A DNA stretch of 64,000 nucleotides from an uncultured Chloroflexia bacterium (lineage in GTDB: Bacteria; Chloroflexota; Limnocylindria; Limnocylindrales; CSP1-4): assembly GCA_963759495.1 (NCBI GenBank), contig CAVWZL010000007.1, forward strand, positions 170,016-234,015, given 5' to 3'. Made by a program: the position numbers and the translations under genes. This document shows positions 52,372 through 62,158 of the stretch, piece by piece. The notes beneath the pieces were generated by a model. That model ran no database searches, was not told the origin of the DNA, and worked only from the letters and a program-made list of their open reading frames with translations. The stretch's first letter is position 1, and each line of letters begins with the position of its first letter.

Positions 52372-52583
52372 CCGACCGGGTCAGGACGCGAATCGGTGCA
52401 GTTGTTCACGGCCCGATGTGGTGCAGCGCGAAACGGCGGGGTAGGATTGGCCCTCGCCGTCCCGAGCCGCCCGTCATGGGATCGACGCGACGCAACCGCA
52501 CGAACCCACCGGGAACCCCTCGTCATGGCTCGACTCGAACGGCATGGAGGATCCGGCGCACGCCGGAAAGGGAGAGGTATCGA

Positions 52584-54333
52584 ATGAGGCGTTTCCGCGC
52601 CGCCGCCGCCCTGGCCCTCGGGCTGACCCTGATCGTCGGAGTGCCAATCGCGTCGGCCAAGCCGCCGCCCGACAGTCCGGCGGCGAAGAAGGCCAAGACC
52701 ACGGACATCCAGATCCTTGGCCTGAACGACTTCCACGGACAGCTCGAGACGATCCCCGCGACAGCCAGCTCGAGCGGGCGCATCGGTGCGCTGACCGGCT
52801 CCGGCGCTTCGGCGACGTGCCCTGCGCCCACCTGCTATCCGGCCGGCGGCGTTGAGTATCTCGCCACCCACGCCCGAAACCTGCTCGCCACGAACACCAA
52901 GAACAGCGTGTTCGTGTCGGCGGGCGACCTGATCGGCGCCACGCCGTTGCTGTCGGCGCTCTTCCATGACGAGCCGTCGATCGAGGCATTCAATCTCATG
53001 GGCCTCGACTACAACGGTGTCGGGAACCACGAGTTCGACGAGGGTATCGACGAGCTGCTGCGCATGCAGTACGGCGGCTGCCACCCCACGGATGGCTGCC
53101 TCGACGGCGATGGCTTCGCTGGCGCCGAGTTCGAGTTCCTCGCGGCCAACGTCGCGTACAAGGGAACGGGCGAGACCATCTTTGCGCCGTACGCCATCCA
53201 CGAGTTCACGGGCGTCGACGTCGCGTTCATCGGCATGACGCTCGAGGGCACGCCGCTCGATCGTGTCCCCGGACGGCATCCAGCAGGTCGACTTCCTCGA
53301 CGAGGCCGAGACGGTCAACGCGCTCGTGCCCGAGCTCAAGGCGATGGGCATCGAGACGATCGTCGTGCTCCTCCACGAGGGCGGCAGCGTCCCCGTCTCG
53401 AACAACGGCGCCGGCTCGGTCGCCGCGATCAACTCATGCACCAACCCGACCGGCGCCCTGCCCCCGATCGTCGAGGCCATGGACGACGAGGTCGACATCG
53501 TCATCACCGGCCACACCAACTGGGCGGTGAACTGCCTCATCGACGGCAAGGTCGTCACCGGTGCTGCGTCGCAGGGCCGCCTGATCACCGACATCGACCT
53601 CAAGGTCAGCCGTGCGACGAAGGACGTCGTCCCGGGCTCGATCCGGGTCAACAATCACATCGTCACGCGAGACGTCGCTCCGGCGGCGGACATGACCGCG
53701 CTGATCGCCAAGTACAACGTCTTCGCTGCCCCGATCGCCGCCGTCGTCGTCGGCGCCACGACCGCGGAGATGGTTCGCACCGTTCTCACGGCGGGCGGCG
53801 AGTCCACGCTCGGGCGGCTGATCGCGGACGCGCAGCTCGCGTCTGCCCAGGCAGCCGGCGGCCAGATCGCGTTCATGAACCCAGGCGGCATCAGGGCCAA
53901 CCTGGATGCCGGCCCGATCACGCACGGCGAGGCCTTCGCGGTCCAGCCGTTCAGCAACATCGTGACGACGAAGACCTACACGGGCGCGCAGCTCAAGACC
54001 ATTCTCGAGCAGCAGTTCGTGACCTCGGCCGGCGCGCCGCGGCAGCTGATCCTGGCGGTCTCCTCCGGGTTCACGTACAGCTGGTCGGCCTCCGCGCCGA
54101 TCGGCAGCAAGGTCTCGAACATGGCGCTCAACGGGACGCCGATCGATCCGGCGGCGACGTATCGAGTCACGGCGAACAACTTCCTCAGCGGTGGTGGGGA
54201 CGACTTCCCCGGCTTCACGGTCGGGACCGACAACACCACCGGGCTCGACGACCTCGTCGCGCTCGAGGCGTACCTCGACGTGAACGATCCGTACACGCCG
54301 GTCACGCCGAACGGGATCACCCGACTCCCGTAG
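52584..54333 (+). CDS. secreted bifunctional metallophosphatase / 5'-nucleotidase (1 frameshift near 53260)
   Basis: An SD (GGAGAGG) lies at 52571-52577. The signal peptide is MRRFRAAAALALGLTLIVGVPIASA. Motifs are LGLNDFHG, SAGDLIGATP, GNHEFD, VLLHEGG and ITGHTN. The C-terminal domain reads FMNPGGIRA and NNFLSGGGDDF. Confidence 0.85.
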
Positions 54334-54353
54334 CAAGCCCGGAACCACACAGG

Positions 54354-54379
54354 ACGGCCGGCCCGCGAGGGCCGGCCGT
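54354..54379 (+). terminator. GC-rich hairpin (11-bp stem, GCGA loop) after the nucleotidase gene
   Basis: The hairpin is acggccggccc-gcga-gggccggccgt followed by tcgattcc. The T-tract is weak. Confidence 0.45.
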
Positions 54380-54398
54380 TCGATTCCCGTCGCTGCCG

Positions 54399-54404
54399 TA
54401 GCAT
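54399..54404 (+). promoter_or_regulatory. -10-like hexamer TAGCAT, 6 nt upstream of the uvrC GTG
   Basis: The sequence reads cgTAGCATcgagtcGTG. Confidence 0.4.
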
Positions 54405-54410
54405 CGAGTC

Positions 54411-56270
54411 GTGACTCCCCAGCTCCAGGCGACCCTCAAGCGACTGCCCGATCGGCCCGGCGTCTATCTCCTCAAGAACGAGAAGGGCGACGTGCTGTAT
54501 GTCGGCAAGGCCCAGAGCCTCCGCAACCGGGTCCGCTCGTACTGGCAGAAGCAGGCCGCGCCGCGCTCGTCGGGTGACATCCATCGGATCCGCGAGGTCA
54601 TCGACCGGGTCGCGGATGTCGAGTACACCCTCACCGACTCCGTCTCCGAGGCGCTGCTGCTCGAGGCGAACCTGATCAAGCGCTTTCGCCCGCGCTTCAA
54701 CGTCCGGCTCAAGGACGACAAAAGCTACCCGTACATCAAGGTGACGCTCGGGGACGACTTCCCGCGGATCGAACGCACGCGGAAGCTCGTCAACGACGGG
54801 AGCCGCTACTTCGGGCCATACGCGTCCGCTTCGTCCGTGGACGAATCGATGAACCTCGTGCGCCGCCTCTTTCCGTTCCGTACCTGCACGATCGAGATCA
54901 CCGAGGGCGAGCGCGCCCTCCAGCGGCCGTGCCTGCTGTACCACATCAAGCGCTGCCAGGGACCGTGCATAGAGGCCATCTCGAAGGACGCCTACCGGGC
55001 CGACATCGAGCAGGTCGAGCTGTTCCTCGAGGGTCGCCAGGAGACGCTCGTGAAGGCGCTCCGCAAGGACATGGCGATCGCCGCGGAGCAGACCGAGTAC
55101 GAACGCGCGGCCGCGCTGCGCGACAAGATCCGGGCCATCGAGCGGACGATGGAGAGCCAGAAGATGGCCGCGTTCGCCCGAACCGAGCTCGACGTCGTCG
55201 GTATCGCGCGGCAGGACAGCCAGGCCGCGATCCAGCTGTTCGTCATCCGCAACGGCAAGATGATCGGGCGCGACGTGTACATGGTCGAGGCGACGCGCGA
55301 GGCCACCGACGAGGAAGTGCTGCGGAGCTTCCTCGAGCAGTACTACGCCCGGGCCACATCGGTGCCCCGCGAGGTATACGTCCCGTTCGACGTGCCCGAG
55401 GCAGGCGATCTCGAGGTGTTCCTCTCCGAGCGACGCGGGACCCAGGTTCGGCTGCACGTCCCGCTCCGCGGCGAGCGCCGCGAGTTGATGGCCCTCGCCA
55501 CGCGCAACGCGGGCGAGACGCTGGCGCGCGAGCAGGCGCGCTGGCTTGCGGACCAGGGCAAGACGCTGGCCGCGCTCGAGCAGCTCGCCGAGGCGCTGAG
55601 CCTTGCCGGGCCCCCGATGCGCATCGAGTGCTACGACATCTCGACATTTCAGGGCGCGGAATCGGTCGGCAGCATGGTCGTGTTCGAGGAGGGCAAGCCG
55701 CGCTCCGGGGAGTACCGGCGGTTCCGGATCAAGGGCGTGCAGGGTCCGAACGACTTCGCGAGCCACCAGGAGGTCCTGCGGCGCCGGTTCCGCCTCACGA
55801 AGATGGGCGAGGAGGGGACCGACGAGGAGCGCCGCTGGGCGATGCCCGACCTCGTGATCGTCGACGGCGGCAAGGGCCAGGTGAGCGCCGCGAAGGAGGT
55901 GCTCGACGAGCTCGGGCTGCACGACCTGCCGCTGGCCGGTCTTGCGAAGGAGCGCGAGGAGCTGTTCCTGCCGGGACGTTCCGAGCCGATCCTCCTGCCG
56001 GCGACATCCTCGGCCCTCTACCTCGTGCAGAGGCTCCGCGACGAGGCGCACCGATTTGCCATCACGTACCACCGCGACCTACGGGCCAAGCGAACGGTCC
56101 GGTCCGCGTTCGACGATCTGCCGGGCGTCGGTCCGAAGCGCAAGCGCGAGCTGTTGAAGGTGTTCGGATCGGTCAAGCGCGTCCGCGATGCGCCCGTGGA
56201 GCAGATCGCCGCAGTCCCCGGCATCTCGCGCTCGCTCGCGGAGCGGATCAAGGCCACGTTGGAGGCCTGA
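54411..56270 (+). CDS. uvrC: excinuclease ABC subunit C, intact
   Basis: The GIY-YIG N-terminus reads PGVYLLKNEKGDVLYVGKAQSLRNRVRSY. The UVR domain reads [15 protein letters not shown]. The C-terminal HhH reads LDDLPGVGPKRKRELLKVFGS. Confidence 0.95.
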   Translation: MTPQLQATLKRLPDRPGVYLLKNEKGDVLYVGKAQSLRNRVRSYWQKQAAPRSSGDIHRIREVIDRVADVEYTLTDSVSEALLLEANLIKRFRPRFNVRLKDDKSYPYIKVTLGDDFPRIERTRKLVNDGSRYFGPYASASSVDESMNLVRRLFPFRTCTIEITEGERALQRPCLLYHIKRCQGPCIEAISKDAYRADIEQVELFLEGRQETLVKALRKDMAIAAEQTEYERAAALRDKIRAIERTMESQKMAAFARTELDVVGIARQDSQAAIQLFVIRNGKMIGRDVYMVEATREATDEEVLRSFLEQYYARATSVPREVYVPFDVPEAGDLEVFLSERRGTQVRLHVPLRGERRELMALATRNAGETLAREQARWLADQGKTLAALEQLAEALSLAGPPMRIECYDISTFQGAESVGSMVVFEEGKPRSGEYRRFRIKGVQGPNDFASHQEVLRRRFRLTKMGEEGTDEERRWAMPDLVIVDGGKGQVSAAKEVLDELGLHDLPLAGLAKEREELFLPGRSEPILLPATSSALYLVQRLRDEAHRFAITYHRDLRAKRTVRSAFDDLPGVGPKRKRELLKVFGSVKRVRDAPVEQIAAVPGISRSLAERIKATLEA

Positions 56271-56297
56271 GCCCGCCGCCCGGGTGTTCACCTGCAG

Positions 56298-56430
56298 CGG
56301 ACGAACGCCGTGGCGAAGGTCGTCCCTGGACGCTCGCGCCCGTGATCGTTCGCTTCCGGCGAACGGACGCGGGGCCAACCGGGCCCAATGACGCCTCGCG
56401 CCCGGTCTCGTTCGCTCGTGGCGAACGAGC
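56298..56430 (+). repeat. cluster of three related hairpin-containing units in the uvrC-secD intergenic region
   Basis: The three hairpins are 56298-56324 (ggacga...tcgtcc), 56347-56365 (cgttcgc-ttccg-gcgaacg) and 56407-56429 (ctcgttcgc-tcgtg-gcgaacgag). Units 56328-56367 and 56390-56430 are an imperfect direct repeat of about 40 bp. Confidence 0.5.
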
Positions 56431-56509
56431 TCACGCCGGTCACCGGCCCTGAAACGCCGCCGACCGCCATGGCACGTGCGCGAGAGGTTCCGTGTAACAT
56501 CCCGCCTCG

Positions 56510-57875
56510 ATGCGCAAAGCCGGTCCCATCCTCATCGCCGTCATCGGCGTGCTCGCACTCCTGATCGATTTCGTCCCGAACCTGACGGTTCCGCTGGGCA
56601 CTGCCGCGGACGGTGGCTGGCGCCGGCTCGAGACAAAGCTCGGGCTCGACCTCGAGGGCGGCCTCCGCGTGGAGTACCTCGCCCAGCCCGTTGACGGCCA
56701 GGTTCCCGACGCCGGCGCGATGAATGTCATCCGGGACATCGTCGAGCGGCGGGTGAACACCACCGGCGTCTCGGAGCCGGTCGTCCTGACCCAGGGCAAC
56801 GACCGTGTCGTCGTCGAGCTGCCGGGCGTCACCAACCCCGATGTCATCCGCGCTCTCGTCGGCCAGACCGGCCGGCTCGAGTTCGTGCCCCTCGGCACCG
56901 ACGCAGGTGAACGCGGGCCAGACGCTCGATCTGGAGGCGAACCCGCCGCTCTTCAGCGGTGACCAGGTCCAGAACCCCGCAATCGGGCAGGACGAGACCG
57001 GCGGGCTCGCCGTCACGTTCCAGCTCAAGGAGCCCGCGTCGACCCAGTTCGCGGACTACACGCGCACGAATACCGGTGAGTACTTCGCGATCACGCTCGA
57101 CGAGGTGGTCGTCTCCGCGCCGGTGATCCAGAACGCCATCCCGGCCGGCAGCCCGATCCAGATCACGAGCGGCGGTCTTGGCGGCTTCCCGGTCGATGAG
57201 GCGCAGAACCTCGTCACGGTCCTCAAGTTCGGCTCGCTGCCGTTCCCGATCGTCGAGCTGTCGAGCGAGCAGATCAGCGCCACGCTCGGTGAGCGCTTCC
57301 TCGTCCAGTCGCTGATCGCGGGCGGGATCGGGATCGGCCTCGTGATCCTGTTCATGCTGCTCTACTACCGGCTGCCCGGGCTCGTGGCGAGCTTCGCGCT
57401 GGTCTACTACGGCATCGTCGTCCTCGCCATCTTCCGACTCGTGCCGGTCACGCTGACCCTCGCCGGTATCGCGGGCTTCGTGCTCTCGGTGGGCATGGCG
57501 GTAGACGCCAACATCCTGATCTTCGAGCGGATGAAGGAGGAGCTGCGCGTCGGGAAGTCGCTCCCGGCCGCGGTCGAGGCCGGCTTCAACCGGGCCTGGA
57601 ACTCCATCCTCGACTCGAACGTGTCGAGCATCATCACGGCGACGATCCTGTATCTCTTCGGCTCGTCGGTCATCCGCGGCTTCGCGCTCGTGCTGATCAT
57701 CGGCGTCCTCGTCTCGATGTTCAGCGCGATCGTCGTGACCCGCACGATCATGCGCTGGCTCGTGCGCCGTCACTGGGCCCGCAAGGCGAGCATGTACGCC
57801 CTGCGCGACGACGAGTTCATCGCGATGGGCGCCGTTCGAGCCCCCACTCGCCGTGAGGCGCGCCTCCGTGGTTGA
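56510..57875 (+). CDS. secD: protein translocase subunit SecD (1 frameshift near 56900)
   Basis: Fragments read LGLDLEGGLRVEY, VERRVNTTGVSEPVV and GSLPFPIVELSSEQISATLG, followed by six C-terminal TM segments with GMAVDANILIFERMKEE. Confidence 0.9.
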
Positions 57876-59090
57876 CGTCATCGGCCGGCGCCGCTGGTTC
57901 TACATCTTCTCGGTCCTGATCACGATCCCCGGTCTGATCCTCATCCTGCTCACGCCCTTCACGGACCTTGGCCTCAAGTTCTCGATCGACTACACCGGCG
58001 GCACGCGCTGGGTCATCCGGTTCGAGGACCGCTCGGTCACGCCCGACCAGGTGGTGGACGTCTTCGCGCAGCAGGGGCTCATCGCGAGCGTCATCGCGGA
58101 GGAGAACGGCTACCTCGACATCAGGACGGAGCAGGTGGTCGGCCTGCGCGAGGCCCCGGCGCCAACGCCGACCGCCGCACCGAGCGCATCGCCGGGCGCC
58201 AGCGGGTCGGCCGGGCCCTCGGCGAGCGCGTCGCCGGCGGCTTCGGCAGGTCCATCGGCGAGCCCGTCGGCGTCTCCATCCGCCAGTGCGTCCGCTCACC
58301 TTCGGCCAGCGCGTCGGCAGCACCGAGCGCGTCGGCGTCCGCGTCGCCCGGAGCATCCGCTTCCCCGGGCGCGTCCGGCTCGCCCGCCCCGAGCGTCCCG
58401 CCCGGCAACACCGAGATCCCGACCGAGGGACAGCTCGGCGAGGTCGCACGCGCGCTCGAGGCGCAGCTCGGTGAGATCGAGAGCCAGACGACGCTCACGT
58501 CGATCGGCGCGGTGGTGAGCAGCGATCTCGTCCGCCAGGCCCTGATCCTGATCCTCGTTGGGTCGGTCGGGATCATGCTGTGGATGACCTACCGCTTCCG
58601 TGACGTGAAGTTCGGTGCCACGGCGCTCGTCTCGCTGCTCCATGACGTCGTCGTCGTCGTCGGGATCTTCGCGATCCTCGGCACCATCGCGGACGTCCAC
58701 ATCGACGCGCTCTTCGTCACGGCGATGCTGACGGTCATCGGCTTCAGCGTGCACGACACGATCGTCGTGTTCGATCGCGTCCGCGAGAACCGCGCTCGCC
58801 ACGCCGGCGAGTCGCTCGAGGCGATCGTCAACCACTCGATCCTGCAGACGATCGGCCGGTCGATCATGACCAGCGTGACGATCGTGCTGACGCTGCTCGC
58901 CCTGCTGCTCTTCGGCGGCGCGGCGATCAACAGCTTCATCATCGCGCTGCTCGTCGGGATCGTGTCGGGGACGTACTCGTCAATCTTCGTGGCGAGTCCG
59001 CTCTTCGTGGACTGGCACCTCTGGGAGGATCGCCGCCACGGCCGAACCCAGGTCAGTCGCGGCCCTCGCGTCCGGCGCGCCACGTCCTGA
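57868..59090 (+). CDS. secF: protein translocase subunit SecF with an Ala/Ser/Pro-rich insertion (1-2 frameshifts inside the insertion)
   Basis: GTG 57868 overlaps the secD stop. Fragments read RRRWFYIFSVLITIPGLILIL, LKFSIDYTGGT and IGFSVHDTIVVFDRVREN, with C-terminal TM segments. Confidence 0.9.
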
Positions 59091-59150
59091 TGCACCCGCG
59101 GCCGCCGGCCGGTAGAGCCGCGGTGCAGCGTTCCATGGCATCCTGACCGG

Positions 59151-60914
59151 GTGGTCGAACCGCGCTTTCGCTGGGCCTTTCCCGACATCCCGTCACTCTC
59201 CCCGGAGCTCCTGGCCGCGGCCCGACGGCACGAGCTGTCGGACCGTGTGACGGGTCTGCTCGCGACCCGCGGGGTGGTCGGCGCGGCGGACCTCGACGGC
59301 TGGTTCGGTACCCCACACGACGGTCTCCACGACCCGCTGTTGCTGCCGGACGCCGCGGTCGCGCGGGATCGCCTTGCCCGGGCACGTGCGTCGGGCGAGC
59401 GCGTCATGGTGTTCGGCGATTTCGACGCCGACGGCCTTACGGGTCTCGCGACACTCGTGCTCGCGTTCCGGACATACGGCCTCGCGGTCATCCCGTACGT
59501 GCCGAGCCGCCTGGATGAAGGGCACGGACTGTCCCTTGCCGCGGTCGAGCGCGCCGTCGAGGCCGGAGCAAGCCTGATCGTCACGGTGGACTGCGGCTCG
59601 ACAAGCGTCACCGAAGTGGCGGATGCGGCGCGCCGCGGGATCGACGTGATCATCACGGACCATCATCGAGTTCCCAGCGTGCTGCCCGCGGCCGTTGCCC
59701 TGGTCAACCCGCACCGGGCGGACAGCCTGTACCCGGACCGGCGGCTGGCGGGCAGTGGTGTCGCCTTCAAGGTGGCGTGCCTGCTGCTCGGATCTGAGCC
59801 GGGCGGTTCGGAGGCGGCCCTCGGCCTGGCAGACCTCGCGACGATCGGCACGGTCGCGGACGTGGCACCCATCGTCGGGGAGAACCGGGCGATCGCGCGT
59901 CTCGGCCTCGAGATCCTTCGAACTCATCCCCGGCCGGGCATTGCGGCGCTCCTCGAACGGTCGGGCGTTGCCCGTGAGGCCGTGGACCTCGAGACGGTGG
60001 GGTTCGCGATCGCTCCACGGCTCAACGCCGCCGGACGGGTGGGGGAGGCCGCCGAGGCCGCGCGCCTGCTGCTCGCCTCGGATCCCGTCGAAGCCGCCAC
60101 GCACGCGGATGCGCTCGAGGCCGCGAACCTATCCCGTCGGGACCTCATGAAGGCGGCGATCGCTGAGGCCCGGGCAGGACTCGAAGGCGCCCCCGACGCA
60201 CCCGCCACCCTCGTTCGCGGACCGTGGGGGGTCGGCATCGTCGGGCTGGTCGCCTCGCGGCTCGTGGAGGACCGCGGCCGGCCCGCGGTCGTCGGCGCGG
60301 ATCTCGGTGACGTCATCCGGGCCTCGTGCCGGAGCGACGGCTCGCTCGACCTCGGCGCGGCGCTCGAGGCATGTTCCGACCTCTTCATCCGGCACGGCGG
60401 GCATGCGGGTGCGGCCGGCTTCGAGCTGCCTGCCGCGAGCTGGGATGCGTTCGTCGAGCAATTCACGGCACTGGCCGCGGTCGCCGTGCGGCCCGATCCA
60501 CGCGTGACCCTCAACGTGGACCTTGCGCTGGTCGCGATGGACGTCGATTACGCCCTCCATCGCGACCTGGCCCGGCTCGCGCCGTGCGGACCCGGCAATC
60601 CGGAGCCACTCGTCGCCATCCTCGGGCTCACGGCGACCCGCGTCCGGCCGGCGACGGGTGGCCACAGCCAGCTGACGCTCAAGCGCCGGCTGGACGTCCT
60701 CGACGGGATCGCCTTCGGCCGTCCCGACATCGCGGAGACGGTCCAGGCCGGGGACCGGCTGGATGTCGTCGCACGCCTGACCAGCCGTCGGTTCGGGGGC
60801 TACGAGTCGCTGCAGCTGGACATCCGGGACGTGGCCACGTCGGGTGCGCACCCCGAGGCGGCGCGGATCCTCGGGCTCGAGCCGGACGCCGCCCTGGTCG
60901 CCGTCACCGTATGA
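59151..60914 (+). CDS. recJ: single-stranded-DNA-specific exonuclease RecJ, intact
   Basis: DHH family motifs are VFGDFDADGLTG, TVDCG and ITDHH. DHHA1 is GGHAGAAG. Confidence 0.9.
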   Translation: MVEPRFRWAFPDIPSLSPELLAAARRHELSDRVTGLLATRGVVGAADLDGWFGTPHDGLHDPLLLPDAAVARDRLARARASGERVMVFGDFDADGLTGLATLVLAFRTYGLAVIPYVPSRLDEGHGLSLAAVERAVEAGASLIVTVDCGSTSVTEVADAARRGIDVIITDHHRVPSVLPAAVALVNPHRADSLYPDRRLAGSGVAFKVACLLLGSEPGGSEAALGLADLATIGTVADVAPIVGENRAIARLGLEILRTHPRPGIAALLERSGVAREAVDLETVGFAIAPRLNAAGRVGEAAEAARLLLASDPVEAATHADALEAANLSRRDLMKAAIAEARAGLEGAPDAPATLVRGPWGVGIVGLVASRLVEDRGRPAVVGADLGDVIRASCRSDGSLDLGAALEACSDLFIRHGGHAGAAGFELPAASWDAFVEQFTALAAVAVRPDPRVTLNVDLALVAMDVDYALHRDLARLAPCGPGNPEPLVAILGLTATRVRPATGGHSQLTLKRRLDVLDGIAFGRPDIAETVQAGDRLDVVARLTSRRFGGYESLQLDIRDVATSGAHPEAARILGLEPDAALVAVTV

Positions 60915-62158
60915 CGCGCGGGACCGGGACAGGCACGCCGCGGGCCGGCGATCCGTACGGCGTCGGGCCGATCGGCGCGATCCTGCCGCCGGCGCTCGCC
61001 GTCATCGGGCTGGTCATCGTCGCGATCGTGACGTACAGCCTGTTCAACGGGCAGCTCCCATTCGGGATCGGCAGCGGCCCGGCCCGTCCTGGTGGCAACG
61101 GGTCCAGCGGGCCCGACCGCACCGCGGCCCCATCGAACGTGGTCATTCCCGAGCCCGAGGCCGTCTTTCTCGGGTCCATCGTGTACGTCAAGGCCGGCAA
61201 CATCTGGGTCCAGGACGCCGAGGGTGCCCGGCAGCTGACCTCGAGCGGCAACGACGCCATGCCGTCATGGTCCCCCGACGGCGAGTGGATCTACTACATC
61301 CAGACCGAGGCGCGGCGCGGCCGCTGGCCCGTCCGCGGCAACCCGAGCTGGTGGGACATGGAGGTCCCGCATCTCCGCCGGATCAAGGCCGATGGCAGCG
61401 GCCGGCCCGAGGAGCTCGAATCGGGTCGCTTCCGGCGAGGCGGGCTCGACTGGTTCTACTGGATGCGCCAGCCCGTCCTGTCGCCGAACGGCAAGTCGAT
61501 CGCGCTCGTCACGGACCAGCCCACGCCTGAAGAGCGGAGCGTCGTGCTCCAGATCTACAACCTCGAGACCGGCAGGTTCACCGTCCCGGACGCGCCCGTG
61601 ACCGACCCGCTCGGTCACCAGGACCCGGAATGGCGCCCCGACGGCCGGATGCTGCTGTACGTCCGGAACAGCCGGGAGGGCTCCCGCGGCGCGCCGGTCA
61701 TCTGGCGCTACGACACGCGCGAGCAGGAGGCAGCTGCCATCACGACCGGCGGGTATCTCGAGCCGGCCTATTCCCCCGACGGCCGCTACATCGCAGCGAC
61801 CCGAACCTCGACGATCGGGACGGACGTGGTGATCCTCGATGCAGTGCGCGGGACCGAGCTCGCCCGCATCACCAATGACGGCAGGTCGTGGGCCCCGGTC
61901 TGGTCGCCGGCCGGCGACGGGATCGCGTTCCTGCGCATCGACGGACAGATCGTCGACCTGCACCTGGCCCGACTCACGGGTCCGGCCGGTGACTGGACGG
62001 TCGAGGAGACGATCGCGCTCACAGAGGTGTCGGGGTTGAACGCGGCATCCGGCCCGGACTGGTTCATCCCGTCGGACGAGCTGCCGGCACCGACCGCTCC
62101 ACCCACCACCGCTGCTCCCACGTCCGCGGTCCCGTCGGCGAGCGCACCGGCGCAGTGA
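60911..62158 (+). CDS. membrane-anchored PD40/TolB-like beta-propeller repeat protein, intact
   Basis: The ATG overlaps the recJ stop (ATGA). An N-terminal TM segment is followed by the repeats SWSPDGEWIYY, LSPNGKSIALV, EWRPDGRMLLYV, YSPDGRYIAAT and WSPAGDGIAFL. Confidence 0.75.
   Translation: MTRGTGTGTPRAGDPYGVGPIGAILPPALAVIGLVIVAIVTYSLFNGQLPFGIGSGPARPGGNGSSGPDRTAAPSNVVIPEPEAVFLGSIVYVKAGNIWVQDAEGARQLTSSGNDAMPSWSPDGEWIYYIQTEARRGRWPVRGNPSWWDMEVPHLRRIKADGSGRPEELESGRFRRGGLDWFYWMRQPVLSPNGKSIALVTDQPTPEERSVVLQIYNLETGRFTVPDAPVTDPLGHQDPEWRPDGRMLLYVRNSREGSRGAPVIWRYDTREQEAAAITTGGYLEPAYSPDGRYIAATRTSTIGTDVVILDAVRGTELARITNDGRSWAPVWSPAGDGIAFLRIDGQIVDLHLARLTGPAGDWTVEETIALTEVSGLNAASGPDWFIPSDELPAPTAPPTTAAPTSAVPSASAPAQ

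Noticed and set aside
52089-53654. 521-aa minus-strand ORF. Similar long shadow ORFs occur at 5777-6754, 24899-26407, 31128-32591, 33575-34942 and 44069-45691.
   Set aside because: Each overlaps a well-supported gene on the other strand (nucleotidase, gatC/gatA, sigma/anti-sigma, polA, pyk). They have extreme Arg/Pro/Ala bias and no recognisable motifs, so they are GC-driven artefacts.
53976-56072. 698-aa ORF on the minus strand, the longest uninterrupted ORF in this part of the window.
   Set aside because: It lies exactly antisense to intact uvrC, whose GIY-YIG, UVR and HhH motifs are unambiguous. Its Arg/Leu/Ala/Pro/Gly-rich composition is typical of stop-poor antisense frames in very GC-rich DNA.
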